A DNA stretch of 64,000 bases from Pirellulales bacterium (GCA_041736895.1 JBGSSS010000208.1:12496-76495), one strand, 5' to 3'; shown: positions 1 to 8,958, counted from the first letter of the stretch. Numbers and translations are program-made. Notes: a model not told the origin generated them from the sequence alone.

Positions 1-1
1 G

Positions 2-184
2 AAAGTTCCCGCCGGACCATGGCGCGACGCGGGCGAGTTCGTCGCGGCAGCCATCGAGCGGCAATTGCTGATCATCCCCGGTCAAATCTTCAGCCGCGCT
101 TCGACACACTTCCGCATCTCGTACGCTGCGGAAAACAAAACGATCGAACGCGGGATTAAGGTGCTCCAGGAACAGGCAAAGTAG
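2..184 (+). CDS. C-terminal fragment of a PLP-dependent (class I/II) aminotransferase; 5' end lies outside the window
   Basis: Frame 2 is open from the window edge and reads ...LIIPGQIFSRASTHFRISYAAENKTIERGIKVLQEQAK*. This is a typical aminotransferase C-terminus. The TAG stop is at 182-184. Confidence 0.55.
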   Translation, partial: KVPAGPWRDAGEFVAAAIERQLLIIPGQIFSRASTHFRISYAAENKTIERGIKVLQEQAK

Positions 185-234
185 CCAACTTGCTCTGCAA
201 GTTGGAATGCCGACTTGCAGAGCAAGTCGGCTAC
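181..234. repeat. REPIN-like inverted doublet, family GTAGCCAACTTGCTCTGCAAGTTGG
   Basis: The arms are 181-205 and 210-234 (reverse complement, 2 mismatches) with a 4-nt spacer. Each arm is itself a 9-bp hairpin (CCAACTTGC/GCAAGTTGG). It sits between convergent genes, so it could act as a bidirectional terminator. Confidence 0.85.
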
Positions 235-235
235 T

Positions 236-1306
236 CTAAGTTGGCATCGCCTTGCCTTTAAGTTGATAGACGTAAGCCAAGACTTCGGCGACGGCACCGT
301 AGAGTTTGTCGGGTATCGGATGGCCGAGGTCGACGTCCTTGAAGAGCGCCTGCGCGAGCGGTTTCTTTTCGACGATCGGAATGTTGTGCTCGAGGGCGAG
401 GCGGCGAATCTGCTGCGCCATCGCCCCTGCCCCTTTGGCGACGACGACCGGCGCACGCATCGTTTTCGAGTCGTACTGAATCGCGATCGCCAACTCGGTC
501 GGGTTCGTAATGACGACGTCGGCCTTGGGGACGTCGCTCTTCATGCGATTCTGAGCGAGTTGACGCTGAATTTGGCGGCGGCGCGAAACCATCGCCGGAT
601 CGCCTTGCTGGTTCTTCATTTCTTCGCGCACTTCATCGGTTGACATCTTCAGATTCTTCTCGTGCTGCCAATATTGCCAGAGATAATCGAGGAGCGAAAG
701 GATCACGAGCGCGACGGTAACCTTGATGCATATCCAGAGCAATGTCTCGACTAGGAAGACGGCGATCTCGGAAACCTCGCGCCCGCTAAGGCCGAGAATC
801 TCTTCAAGTTGGTTCATAAACGCGACATACGCCACGGTGCCGATGACGCCGATCTTGAATAATCCCTGCACCACGGTGACCGCCGATTGCATCGACATCA
901 GCCGCCAAAATCCGGCAATCGGGTCGAGCCGGCTGATGTCCGGCATCAGCTTCTCGGGCAGAAACAGAATTCCGACTTGCAAGAGATGCACCAAGATGCC
1001 CGCAATGAAGACGATCGCCAAAAATGGCGCGAGCGCGAGCGCAACAGCGGCGAGGACGCGCCACCAGTGAGCTTGCCATGTTGCCGGATCGAGTTCCAGC
1101 CACGCCGTTCCGCCCCAGTGTTCTTGGCTCAGGTCGAAGAACAGCTTGACGACAGCAGAGCCGAGATTGAGCAGCGCGATCAGCGCGACCAACAGCAGCA
1201 CGGCCGAGGCGAGATCCTGGCTGTGGACGACGTTGCCTTCCTCGCGGGCTTGCTGCCGGCGATGGGGCGTCGCGTCCTGTGATTTCTCGCCAGCATCGTC
1301 TGCCAT
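236..1306 (-). CDS. flhB: Flagellar type III export switch protein FlhB
   Basis: 356-aa ORF with an ATG start. It has N-terminal TM helices and a C-terminal substrate-specificity-switch domain. The autocleavage-type motif reads NPTE (494-505) instead of the canonical NPTH. It follows fliR. Confidence 0.9.
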   Translation of the reverse strand: MADDAGEKSQDATPHRRQQAREEGNVVHSQDLASAVLLLVALIALLNLGSAVVKLFFDLSQEHWGGTAWLELDPATWQAHWWRVLAAVALALAPFLAIVFIAGILVHLLQVGILFLPEKLMPDISRLDPIAGFWRLMSMQSAVTVVQGLFKIGVIGTVAYVAFMNQLEEILGLSGREVSEIAVFLVETLLWICIKVTVALVILSLLDYLWQYWQHEKNLKMSTDEVREEMKNQQGDPAMVSRRRQIQRQLAQNRMKSDVPKADVVITNPTELAIAIQYDSKTMRAPVVVAKGAGAMAQQIRRLALEHNIPIVEKKPLAQALFKDVDLGHPIPDKLYGAVAEVLAYVYQLKGKAMPT

Positions 1307-1355
1307 GAAGCAAGGAGGAAGGAGTCAGAAGGAAGAAGAAAATTACGAGAATCTC

Positions 1356-1382
1356 AAAGCCCAGGGGTTTACCCCCTGGGAT
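1356..1382. repeat. Hairpin repeat, family AAAGCCCAGGGGTTYAYCCCCTGGG
   Basis: The stem is CCCAGGGG/CCCCTGGG. The fliR TAA stop (1369-1371) lies in the loop, and the last FliR residues are repeat-encoded. Confidence 0.85.
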
Positions 1383-2184
1383 CTGTTGGCATCGATTTCT
1401 GCGCCGGTTCGATAATCATTTGCGTGCTTCGATTGATCGTGTCCGGCAGGCGTTCTTCGAACATCCAGGCCATTGCACTGATACTCAACGCGAGCGTGCC
1501 TAGGCAGACGAGCGAGTTTATGCCAAAGCCTAGCGACATCACGTTGAGCGCCGGCATTCCGCGGCCGATGAGTCCGATCAGCACGTTGGTCAGGACGAGC
1601 GCCATCATTGCCGGTGCAGCGACGCGAATGCCGAGCGACATGCTTTCGCTCAAGAGCGTCACCATGAAGGGCCCTGCCCCATCGAGAACGTGATCACTGC
1701 CGATCGGCAGCGCGCGAAAGGTCTGAATCAAGCCGCCGATCAACAGCCGATGCCCGCCGACGATTGCCAGGATTGCCATCATGACCAGCGATAACAGATG
1801 CGAAAACAGCGGCATTTCCGTGTCGAAGCTCGGATTAAACACATCGGCCAACGACATGCCGCCGAGTTGGCCGGCAATCTGCCCGGCGATTTGAATCCCG
1901 CCCATCAGCAGCACGACGCCCAATCCGAGCACCATGCCAATCAGCACTTCGCCGACGAGCATGATGACGTATTCGAGTGTGATCGCCGGCGTCGCTCCAA
2001 GGGTTCCCCACTGCATCGGCATGAGCAGCAGCGTCAAACTCGCGGCCAGCGCGCCGCGCACGGTCATTGGAATTTCCGTCGAGCTGAACAACGGCGCGGT
2101 CGTGATCATTCCCCCGACCCGCGCGAGCACGAGCGTGAATGTGAGGACGACCTCGATCAGCGTTTGTTCTAGGAACGAGGCCAT
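1369..2184 (-). CDS. fliR: Flagellar export apparatus protein FliR
   Basis: 271-aa polytopic membrane ORF located between fliQ and flhB. Confidence 0.88.
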   Translation of the reverse strand: MASFLEQTLIEVVLTFTLVLARVGGMITTAPLFSSTEIPMTVRGALAASLTLLLMPMQWGTLGATPAITLEYVIMLVGEVLIGMVLGLGVVLLMGGIQIAGQIAGQLGGMSLADVFNPSFDTEMPLFSHLLSLVMMAILAIVGGHRLLIGGLIQTFRALPIGSDHVLDGAGPFMVTLLSESMSLGIRVAAPAMMALVLTNVLIGLIGRGMPALNVMSLGFGINSLVCLGTLALSISAMAWMFEERLPDTINRSTQMIIEPAQKSMPTDPRG

Positions 2185-2211
2185 GAGTGACGAGTTCTAT
2201 TTTCCTTTTCT

Positions 2212-2240
2212 CAAAGCCCAGGGGTTCATCCCCTGGGAGC
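2212..2240. repeat. Hairpin repeat, AAAGCCCAGGGG family
   Basis: Reads CAAAGCCCAGGGGTTCATCCCCTGGGAGC and sits between fliQ and fliR. Confidence 0.85.
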
Positions 2241-2290
2241 ATTTTTTGATTGCTAAACAGCAAGCCTGTGGGCAGTATTGCTGCAACTCA

Positions 2291-2560
2291 TTACATCCAC
2301 GTCTTCCCCGCGCCGGCAAAAATCTCTTGCGTGTATTGCATCATTTGCGTGACCAGCCAAGGCAGCGTCAGACTCAGGACCAGCACCATCGCGATGAACT
2401 TGGGAACAAACGCGACGGTTTGTTCCTGGATTTGTGTCAACGCTTGCAGCAACCCGACGATCAATCCCACGACCAAGCCAGCAATCAACACTGGCGCACT
2501 GATGAGTAGACTCATCATGATCGCGTTGCGGGCCAGATCGATCGCGTCTTGTGGGTCCAT
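2291..2560 (-). CDS. fliQ: Flagellar export apparatus protein FliQ
   Basis: 89-aa ORF with two TM helices, between fliP and fliR. Confidence 0.9.
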   Translation of the reverse strand: MDPQDAIDLARNAIMMSLLISAPVLIAGLVVGLIVGLLQALTQIQEQTVAFVPKFIAMVLVLSLTLPWLVTQMMQYTQEIFAGAGKTWM

Positions 2561-2658
2561 GCGGGGAAAGAATCTAGAATGAAGGAGTTAGGAGTTAGAA
2601 TCTGAGCCGAGGATGTAAGTCCCCGGGTGAGTTGCGTAGGACTCTGAGGATGCAGTCG

Positions 2659-3495
2659 CTAGTGAAAACTCTGCAGCAGCATCTCGACGACCAAATGCCA
2701 GCCATCGACCAGTACAAATAGCAGCAGTTTGAACGGCAGCGAAATCAACACCGGCGGCAACATCATCATGCCCATCGAGATCGTGACCGTCGCAATGACG
2801 ATATCGAGGACCAGGAACGGCAGATAAATCTGAAAACCGATCAAGAACGCCGTTTTAAGCTCGCTGAGTAAAAATGCCGGCAGCAAAACTTGCAGCGGCA
2901 CGTCGTCATACGTCTTTGGTTCGGTCGTCTCCGGCGGCATGTAGCGATAGAACATCCAGACGTCGTCGCGGTTGCCCGTGCGTTCGATCTGTTCGCTCAT
3001 GAACCGGCGAATCGGCGCGACTCCACGTTCCCAGGCTTCGGTCAGCGTGATTTGTTTTGCGGTGTAAGGCTTGATCCCTTCGTCGTAGCTCTGTTTCCAG
3101 ACCGGAGTCATGATCAGCAGACTCAAGAACAACGCGATGCTTGTCAGCACCTGCCCCGGCGGAAGCTGCTGCGTCCCAAGCGCTTGTCGCAAGAGGCCTA
3201 GCACGACGACGATCCGCACAAAGCAGGTCGTCATCAGCATCACCGCCGGCGCGAGACTCAGCACCGTCATCAGTAGCATGACCTGCAGCGTGCTCGATAG
3301 CCCTTCGGGACTGGTCCACGCATCGGGTCCGCCGCCGAGATTCGCCGGGACGGGCAACGTCAGCCCGCGGTTCGGTGTTTCCGCCGCGCCTTGCGCGAGG
3401 AGCGAATTGTTGCAGCAAACAAAGGCTAGCAACACCATCAAAACACGGAGCAATACCGCGGTACCGATTGCTTTGCTGCTTAGCAATTTACCCAT
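2659..3495 (-). CDS. fliP: Flagellar export apparatus protein FliP
   Basis: 278 aa with a signal-like N-terminus and the conserved FliP core (...[29 protein letters not shown]...). Confidence 0.92.
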   Translation of the reverse strand: MGKLLSSKAIGTAVLLRVLMVLLAFVCCNNSLLAQGAAETPNRGLTLPVPANLGGGPDAWTSPEGLSSTLQVMLLMTVLSLAPAVMLMTTCFVRIVVVLGLLRQALGTQQLPPGQVLTSIALFLSLLIMTPVWKQSYDEGIKPYTAKQITLTEAWERGVAPIRRFMSEQIERTGNRDDVWMFYRYMPPETTEPKTYDDVPLQVLLPAFLLSELKTAFLIGFQIYLPFLVLDIVIATVTISMGMMMLPPVLISLPFKLLLFVLVDGWHLVVEMLLQSFH

Positions 3496-4531
3496 GGGTC
3501 ACCTCGCGATTCGTGAGCGATCCGCCGCGCAGCCTTGCGCGAACATCGTCCAACGTTGCCGAGGACGCTGGCGGATCATCCGCCGGTTCATTGATGTTGG
3601 GGCGAATGCTTGTGACCTGGCGAAACATGTCGCCAAAGGTCTTAGTCGAACTGTTGGCTTGCGATTGCTGACACATGCCGGCTAGGCGATCGACCTCGAG
3701 CGGGTCAGTGATCTCGGTCAGCGTGTCACAGCCGTCGGGCGACATGGCGACGAGCAATATCTTGTTGCCGAAGCGAATGACCTGAAGCGATTGACGAGGT
3801 GCGAGCGGCGTTTGACCAAGGACATCGACAACGTCGCGGCCAAGTTTTTGCTTGGCCCCGGGCATCCCGCGGCGGAGCAACTTGATCGTGACGACAAAGA
3901 GCCCGAGCACAATCGCCAGGCTGCCGAGCATTGTGCCGAAGCTGCCCCAACTGCTGCTAGCTGCCGAGGACTTGGTGTTTGGGCCGGCGAGCGGCAAGGG
4001 CTTGGCTCCGTTCGCATTGAGCGGACGGGGCGCGTTGTTCGCCGCTTCATTCTTCAATTGGTCGCTCTTTTGGTTCTCATTGATGATCGGCACCGTGTGC
4101 GTCGCTGGAACATTCAGCGGCGCAACCGCTGGCGACCCCGTTGCGACTGGCTGCTGATACACCGCTTGCGTATTCGGCGAAGCGGGAGCCGGCTCTGGCC
4201 GTGCCGCAACATTCATCGGGCTGATCGCCGCAGTATTTGCAGGCCCTGAGTTCGTTGGCAGAGGGTTTACCGAGGCAGGTGCCGCTGCCGGCTGATTCAA
4301 GAGTCGCAGATACTCGCGCGAATCATCGTTCGGCGGTGTCGCTAATGTGGGCTGACCAAGATTCGGCTGCGCAGCAAGGTTCGGCTGCGGTCCGGGGTCA
4401 TGGAGACCGCGAGATGCGCCGTCGTTTGGCCCATATTGCGGCGGCGCGAGTTGCGGTGTTTGCGCTTTCACGGGCGCGAGCCAGAGAAGACTCGCGAGCG
4501 CTATACAGTAAGTTGTGCGATTCCAGGACAT
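3488..4531 (-). CDS. fliO: FliO-like flagellar biosynthesis protein with a long Pro/Ala/Asn-rich N-terminal extension
   Basis: 347 aa with a signal peptide and a roughly 190-aa low-complexity region. A single TM follows ([25 protein letters not shown]), then a FliO-type C-terminal domain. It overlaps the fliP start by 8 nt and occupies the fliO position. Confidence 0.6.
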   Translation of the reverse strand: MSWNRTTYCIALASLLWLAPVKAQTPQLAPPQYGPNDGASRGLHDPGPQPNLAAQPNLGQPTLATPPNDDSREYLRLLNQPAAAPASVNPLPTNSGPANTAAISPMNVAARPEPAPASPNTQAVYQQPVATGSPAVAPLNVPATHTVPIINENQKSDQLKNEAANNAPRPLNANGAKPLPLAGPNTKSSAASSSWGSFGTMLGSLAIVLGLFVVTIKLLRRGMPGAKQKLGRDVVDVLGQTPLAPRQSLQVIRFGNKILLVAMSPDGCDTLTEITDPLEVDRLAGMCQQSQANSSTKTFGDMFRQVTSIRPNINEPADDPPASSATLDDVRARLRGGSLTNREVTHG

Positions 4532-4563
4532 CCGTGACCTGTGGCTTTCTGTGAGTCGTTCTT

Positions 4564-4622
4564 CTAAGCCCAGGGGCTTTATGCCCCTGGGTGACCCACG
4601 GGGATAAACCCCGTGGGCTTAG
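4564..4622. repeat. Inverted doublet of two covarying hairpins (CCCAGGGG... / CCCACGGGG...)
   Basis: Reads CTAAGCCCAGGGGCTTTATGCCCCTGGG-TGA-CCCACGGGGATAAACCCCGTGGGCTTAG. The outer CTAAGC/GCTTAG segments pair, and each arm keeps its own stem. Confidence 0.85.
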
Positions 4623-4637
4623 CGTGGTGAAATATCG

Positions 4638-5216
4638 TTACGTCACCGCTTGTTCGCCAGCGACGAGTTCCGCGACGCGGACGCAAAAGTTGTCGTTCAT
4701 GATCAGCACTTCGCCGCGGGCGATGAGCCGGCCATTGACGTAAATATCGACGGGGTCGCCTGCAAGGCGATCGAGCGGGACGACCGCGCCTTTGTTCAAA
4801 CGCAGTACCTCTTCGAGTTGCATGTGCGTTCGGCCGAGTTCGATCTTGAGATCGAGTTCGACATCGCGCAGCAACTCGAGCGTCGCATTGTCGGTCGTTG
4901 CTGGAGCGCCTTGAAAATCGACGAGCTTGTATGGTGTGACTTCGGGCGGAACGGGCACCGCCGAATTGATCGACGCGAGCGCTTGCTCGGCTTGGCGAAA
5001 GAGCAGATCGATGTCACCGCCGGCGATGCCAGCGCTTGGCGGAGTCTCCGTAGCCGTGCCGCGTATCGGACCCGAGACGCCATGCTGTTTCAGGAGCGTG
5101 TCGATGTCGGCTTGGGCCACGTTGCCTTGATTGCTCGAAGCTGGCGCAGCGGCGCGCGATTCGGCGAGCAGTCGTTCGATTTCTTCTTGTCCAATGGACT
5201 CAGAGTCGCCGGCCAT
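4638..5216 (-). CDS. fliN: Flagellar motor switch protein FliN
   Basis: The C-terminus carries a SpoA/FliN domain (LELLRDVELDLKIELGRTHMQLEEVLRLNKGAVVPLD...VDIYVNGRLIARGEVLIMNDNFCVRV). I start it at ATG 5216 (AAGGA upstream). The track start at 5258 is a TTG inside a repeat. Confidence 0.85.
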   Translation of the reverse strand: MAGDSESIGQEEIERLLAESRAAAPASSNQGNVAQADIDTLLKQHGVSGPIRGTATETPPSAGIAGGDIDLLFRQAEQALASINSAVPVPPEVTPYKLVDFQGAPATTDNATLELLRDVELDLKIELGRTHMQLEEVLRLNKGAVVPLDRLAGDPVDIYVNGRLIARGEVLIMNDNFCVRVAELVAGEQAVT

Positions 5217-5250
5217 GGGAATCCTTTCCCTGCGTGAATGCGATTCGATG

Positions 5251-5327
5251 GTAGCCAAGGTCGTAAGACCTTGGACGCGTAGCCGCGTGATCGACGTCGA
5301 TTTCCAAAGTCTTACGACTTTGGCTAC
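5251..5327. repeat. REPIN-like doublet, family GTAGCCAAAGTCGTAAGACTTTGG
   Basis: The arms are GTAGCCAAGGTCGTAAGACCTTGGA (5251-5275) and TCCAAAGTCTTACGACTTTGGCTAC (5303-5327). Confidence 0.88.
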
Positions 5328-5347
5328 AGCGACCGCGCAGCAATTTC

Positions 5348-6013
5348 CTACTGCTGAACGACCGAGAACTCGCTGAAGATCACTTCCTTGAGCAAGGGTT
5401 CGCCCAAGAGGGAGTTAGTTTTCGCCAATATTTGCCGTTTAATCAATCCCAAAGCCGGATCGGCCAGGTCGGCGGGCGAGGTATTGCGCACGATCACGAT
5501 GACTTGATCGCGGAAACGGTGCTTGTTTTTCTTGAGCAGCTTGCCGAATTTGCTAGTATCTTCTTCCTCGCTAGCATCTTTTTTTGCTCCGTGTCCGCCC
5601 CCATGCCCGCCATGAGCGTCAGCCGCGGGAGCTTCTTCCTTGTGTTCCTTGGGCTCTTCCAGGACGGCCCCGTACATGTGGAAGTCGATCAAAATCGTGT
5701 TGTTGGTCGTCTGGTCGTAGGCGGTGATGCTGAACCGGCCGAGATCGGCTTCGCGCCGCTCAGCAAGCGCCGAATCGCCATGCTCGCCATGTTCGCCGTG
5801 CTCGTCATGTTCGCCGTGCGCGTCCTTGCCTTTGCCATGTTCGTGATCCGCCGCCGCGGCAACGGGGGCCGATGGCAAGAGAAAATACGCCAGGCCGCAT
5901 TGTGCGAGGACAATTCCAGCGATGATCCCGGCCACTTTGATTTGGCCCATCATGCCGCCGCCCGATTTCTTGGGCGCGGCGTCAGTGGCGGCAGGTGCGG
6001 CGTGGTCGCTCAT
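5348..6013 (-). CDS. fliL: FliL-like flagellar basal-body-associated protein with His-rich insertions
   Basis: 221 aa with a single N-terminal TM. The FliL-type C-terminus reads ...RFRDQVIVIVRNTSPADLADPALGLIKRQILAKTNSLLGEPLLKEVIFSEFSVVQ. It occupies the fliL position of the fla operon. Confidence 0.7.
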   Translation of the reverse strand: MSDHAAPAATDAAPKKSGGGMMGQIKVAGIIAGIVLAQCGLAYFLLPSAPVAAAADHEHGKGKDAHGEHDEHGEHGEHGDSALAERREADLGRFSITAYDQTTNNTILIDFHMYGAVLEEPKEHKEEAPAADAHGGHGGGHGAKKDASEEEDTSKFGKLLKKNKHRFRDQVIVIVRNTSPADLADPALGLIKRQILAKTNSLLGEPLLKEVIFSEFSVVQQ

Positions 6014-6322
6014 GGGTCAGCCTACAAAGAGAAACAAGTCTGTTGCCACGCGCCGGCCAATTGCCCACGCGCTGAACCACGCCGCGCAACGAATGAACTC
6101 GTCCGCTGATTCGGGGTTCTATGCAACCTTAGCTTGCCGTAAAGAGAGAGCAACTTGCCGGAGGCAACCCGACAGAACGTCGGCGAGCGGTTTATGCCGG
6201 TTGTGAGGGTTGCACGAGAATTTGATCGAGTGCAGGCATCCCTTACGGGATGCTGCGACGCGATGCGCCCGATCTCCGGTGGTCACTGCGAGCAGCGACC
6301 ACCGGCTACTGGCTACTGGCGG

Positions 6323-6348
6323 CGATCCCTGCGGGGATCGGTTTTTTT
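6323..6348 (+). terminator. Intrinsic-terminator-like hairpin plus T7, on the strand opposite to the flagellar genes
   Basis: CGATCCC-tgcg-GGGATCG is followed by G and TTTTTTT (6342-6348). No plus-strand gene precedes it. Confidence 0.4.
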
Positions 6349-6392
6349 CTAAATCACCTGCGCTAAAGCTAACCGCGACTGTTTGCAATCAA

Positions 6393-8849
6393 TTACCGGC
6401 GGATGTTCAACAACTCGTCGAGCAACTGCTGAGCCGTCGTGATCACACGCGTGTTACCACGGTATTGCGACGAGGCGAGAATCAGATCGATCAGGTTCTT
6501 GCCGATGTCGGTGTTCGACAATTCGGTCGCACCCGCGATGATCGAACCGATGCCTTGATCGCCAGGATTTCCTTCGATGGCCAAGCCCGAGTTCACACCC
6601 GCGGCGAAAAGATTCTGGCCGCGTTGTTCCAAACCCGCGGCATTCGCGAACCGTGCCATTCGGATTTGACCCAGGTCGCGAGTGATGCCGTTGCTGAACA
6701 CACCGCGGACGAGGCCGTCTTCGCCGATGATGAAGCTGGACAAGGTGCCTTGGCTCGAACCGTCTTGCCGCGAAGCCGAGAGCGAACTCTTGGCGGCCGC
6801 CAAACCCGAAAGCTTGCTAAAGTCGAGGTTGAACTCCAAGGGCGAAATGGCGTTGATGTTCTCGCGGTCGATTGAAATCGTGGCCGGGGAGTTGCTCGGG
6901 ATCACGTTGCCTTCGGCATCAAAGCGAATCGTCCCGGTGCCGACGCTAATCCGCGCGGAGTCCACATCATTGCCCGCCAACGGCGAGTTATCGGCCGCAT
7001 CGGCGAACCAACGGTAAGTGGTGCTTGCGTTCGTGCGTGATTCGAGGACGACGGTGACACGGACATTGAGCGGCACGCCGAGCGAATCGTACGCGATGAA
7101 GTCCGAGACCGCGGATTGTCCCTTGGCCGCTTGCACGGAATTGAAGCCCATATCGACCGTGAGCGAATCGGCGCTGCCCGTTGGCGTGAAGCGGAAATCC
7201 GAGAGGCCGATGTCGATCGCATTGTCAACACCGTTGTTGCCGACGAATTGAACGCGGCCATTGCTGAGAATGTAAGAGCCCGGATTTGCGCCCGACACGA
7301 TATCTGGCTGGATGCCATTCACACTATCCGGCTCTTGAATGCCAAATGCGTTGGACATGAAATCGACCAGATCTTGTACGGTGGTCGTCGCATCGATCGT
7401 GAGGGACTTGGCCTCGAGCGAACGGCCCCCTTTACGGCCCGAGAAACTGAGTTCGCCGTTGGTAAATAGCTGCGTGTAATTGTCGCCGGTCCGTTTTACC
7501 ACTTGGGTCAGCAGCGTATTGGTATTGATCTTTGGACCATCGAGGTCGATCTGGGGATTGCCCGTGATCGAAGCATCGGGGTTCTCGTCAATAAAAACCT
7601 TGCCGCCGGAAACATCGGCATCCGAAAGTTCAGCGATCCGATAGAACGACGATGTCTGTCCCGCCGTGTTGCGATACAGGCGAATCGTGCTGGAAATCGC
7701 GGGAAACTGGCCCGTCGGGCCGGGGATATTGTCGAGCCGGATCTTGCCGTTGGTCACATTCAGCGGGCCAACGAGTTCCGAAGGACGGCTTTCTTGGTTG
7801 TTGGCGGAATTGTAATACGTCACATAATAAGAATACTGACCGCTGATCGTACTCGTATTGAGTTGCGATCCCGTGACCAGTGTTGCATCGTCAACCGTAT
7901 CAGAAAACGTCGTTGCAACTTGATTGGGGGCGACACCCACCAAGTAGTACGGTCCCGTATTTGGAACGCCGGCTGCGGTTCGATAGATACGTCGGCCAAC
8001 GTAATCGCCCGTGGCGTCAGTCGGAATAGCGCTCAAGTCGATCCCACTCGCGCCGGCACCCAGTGTCGTTGAAATCGTGGTCGCGCTTGTTTCGTTCCCC
8101 TGCGCATCGTAGTAGACAACGCGGTAGTTGTAGGTTCCCGCGGCAAGTACCGCGCCGGCCCCAGCGCTTGCGCCCGCGAATGCCCCCGGAGTTGGCGGGT
8201 TAGCGATTTGAATATCACTCAGGTTAGTCGGGTAGATCGGAGCATTGTACTGCGAGTCGCTCAAGATCGCGCTCTGGATAATTTCGGCCGTGTTGGCTAG
8301 GTCGCCCGTCGGTGTGAGCGTTCCTTGGAAGAAGACATTCTGCGTCGCTTGAGCCACAGCTTCGGCTCCCAGTGGAATTACCAGCGGCTGCAAGCTCGTT
8401 GTTTGCACGACAAAATTCTCGTCGACGCCGTATCCGAGCAGCTTTTGTCCGCCGATCGTGACGAGTTCATTCGCAGAGTTTGTTTTGAAGATGCCGTTGC
8501 GTGTATAGAGCACCTCGCTGCCGCTCCCTTGAACGAGGAAGAAGCCATCGCCTTCGATCGCCAAATCCGAAGGGCTGGAACTGACTTCGATCGTCCCTTG
8601 GGTAAAGTCTGGCGTGATTTCCGCAACTTGCACGCCGAGGCCGACCTGCCGTGGGTTGGTGCCGCCGCTGTTTGCAGACGGCGCGGAGCCCAGGCTGCGT
8701 GTTTGCAAGAATTGCGTCGCGAAGTTCGCTTCGCTCGCCTTGAACCCGACGGTTCCGGAGTTGGCCAAGTTGTTACCCACGACGTCGATCGTGGTTTCCG
8801 CTGCGGTCAAGCCGGTGAGCGCGGTATTCAGTGCGGATGCCAAACCCAT
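6393..8849 (-). CDS. flgE: Flagellar hook protein FlgE (enlarged, 818 aa)
   Basis: The rod/hook N-terminus reads MGLASALNTALTGLTAAETTIDVVGNNLANSGTVGFK and the C-terminus reads ELSNTDIGKNLIDLILASSQYRGNTRVITTAQQLLDELLNI. There is a large central insert. Confidence 0.9.
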   Translation of the reverse strand: MGLASALNTALTGLTAAETTIDVVGNNLANSGTVGFKASEANFATQFLQTRSLGSAPSANSGGTNPRQVGLGVQVAEITPDFTQGTIEVSSSPSDLAIEGDGFFLVQGSGSEVLYTRNGIFKTNSANELVTIGGQKLLGYGVDENFVVQTTSLQPLVIPLGAEAVAQATQNVFFQGTLTPTGDLANTAEIIQSAILSDSQYNAPIYPTNLSDIQIANPPTPGAFAGASAGAGAVLAAGTYNYRVVYYDAQGNETSATTISTTLGAGASGIDLSAIPTDATGDYVGRRIYRTAAGVPNTGPYYLVGVAPNQVATTFSDTVDDATLVTGSQLNTSTISGQYSYYVTYYNSANNQESRPSELVGPLNVTNGKIRLDNIPGPTGQFPAISSTIRLYRNTAGQTSSFYRIAELSDADVSGGKVFIDENPDASITGNPQIDLDGPKINTNTLLTQVVKRTGDNYTQLFTNGELSFSGRKGGRSLEAKSLTIDATTTVQDLVDFMSNAFGIQEPDSVNGIQPDIVSGANPGSYILSNGRVQFVGNNGVDNAIDIGLSDFRFTPTGSADSLTVDMGFNSVQAAKGQSAVSDFIAYDSLGVPLNVRVTVVLESRTNASTTYRWFADAADNSPLAGNDVDSARISVGTGTIRFDAEGNVIPSNSPATISIDRENINAISPLEFNLDFSKLSGLAAAKSSLSASRQDGSSQGTLSSFIIGEDGLVRGVFSNGITRDLGQIRMARFANAAGLEQRGQNLFAAGVNSGLAIEGNPGDQGIGSIIAGATELSNTDIGKNLIDLILASSQYRGNTRVITTAQQLLDELLNIRR

Positions 8850-8916
8850 GACGAACTCCTCGAAAGCTAAAAGTCAAAAAACTTTGAATGAACTGTGTGC
8901 TGTCTGATCCACCGCA

Positions 8917-8957
8917 TTTTTTTATCGCCCTCGCTAACGCTACGGGCTATAAAAAAT
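8917..8957. repeat. Hairpin repeat, family TCGCCCTCGCTAACGCTACGGGCTA flanked by T6/A6 runs
   Basis: Reads TTTTTTTATCGCCCTCGCTAACGCTACGGGCTATAAAAAAT. The same unit occurs at 44210-44248. Confidence 0.8.
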
Positions 8958-8958
8958 C

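Noticed and set aside
1146-2509. Small ORFs and N-terminal ORF extensions sharing peptides such as KAQGF(T/I)PWE(H/D), PGDEPLGF, PVIDGGLK and RLESLTYE. They occur at, for example, 1146-1415, 1934-2509, 12169-12399, 17556-17897 and 54274-54477, and in the track starts of fliJ, flgB, fliN, murB, the ftsQ-like gene, the DUF1080 gene and the hybrid kinase.
   Set aside because: The shared peptides are translations of the repeat hairpins. Downstream ATG starts give proteins with proper N-termini (signal peptides or family starts), so the extensions were trimmed.
6028-6050. Weak sigma-54-like sequence TGGCAA-CAGAC-TTGTT on the minus strand, just upstream of fliL.
   Set aside because: The -12 GC dinucleotide is GT, the -24 element is imperfect, and the site lies only about 20 nt from the ATG.
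6119-6388. An 89-aa minus-strand ORF in the flgE-fliL spacer, considered as a possible FlbD or small flagellar protein.
   Set aside because: It has no resemblance to FlbD (no MIxLTRLNG-type N-terminus). Its composition is Arg/Ser/Cys-rich, and it overlaps the stacked hairpins.
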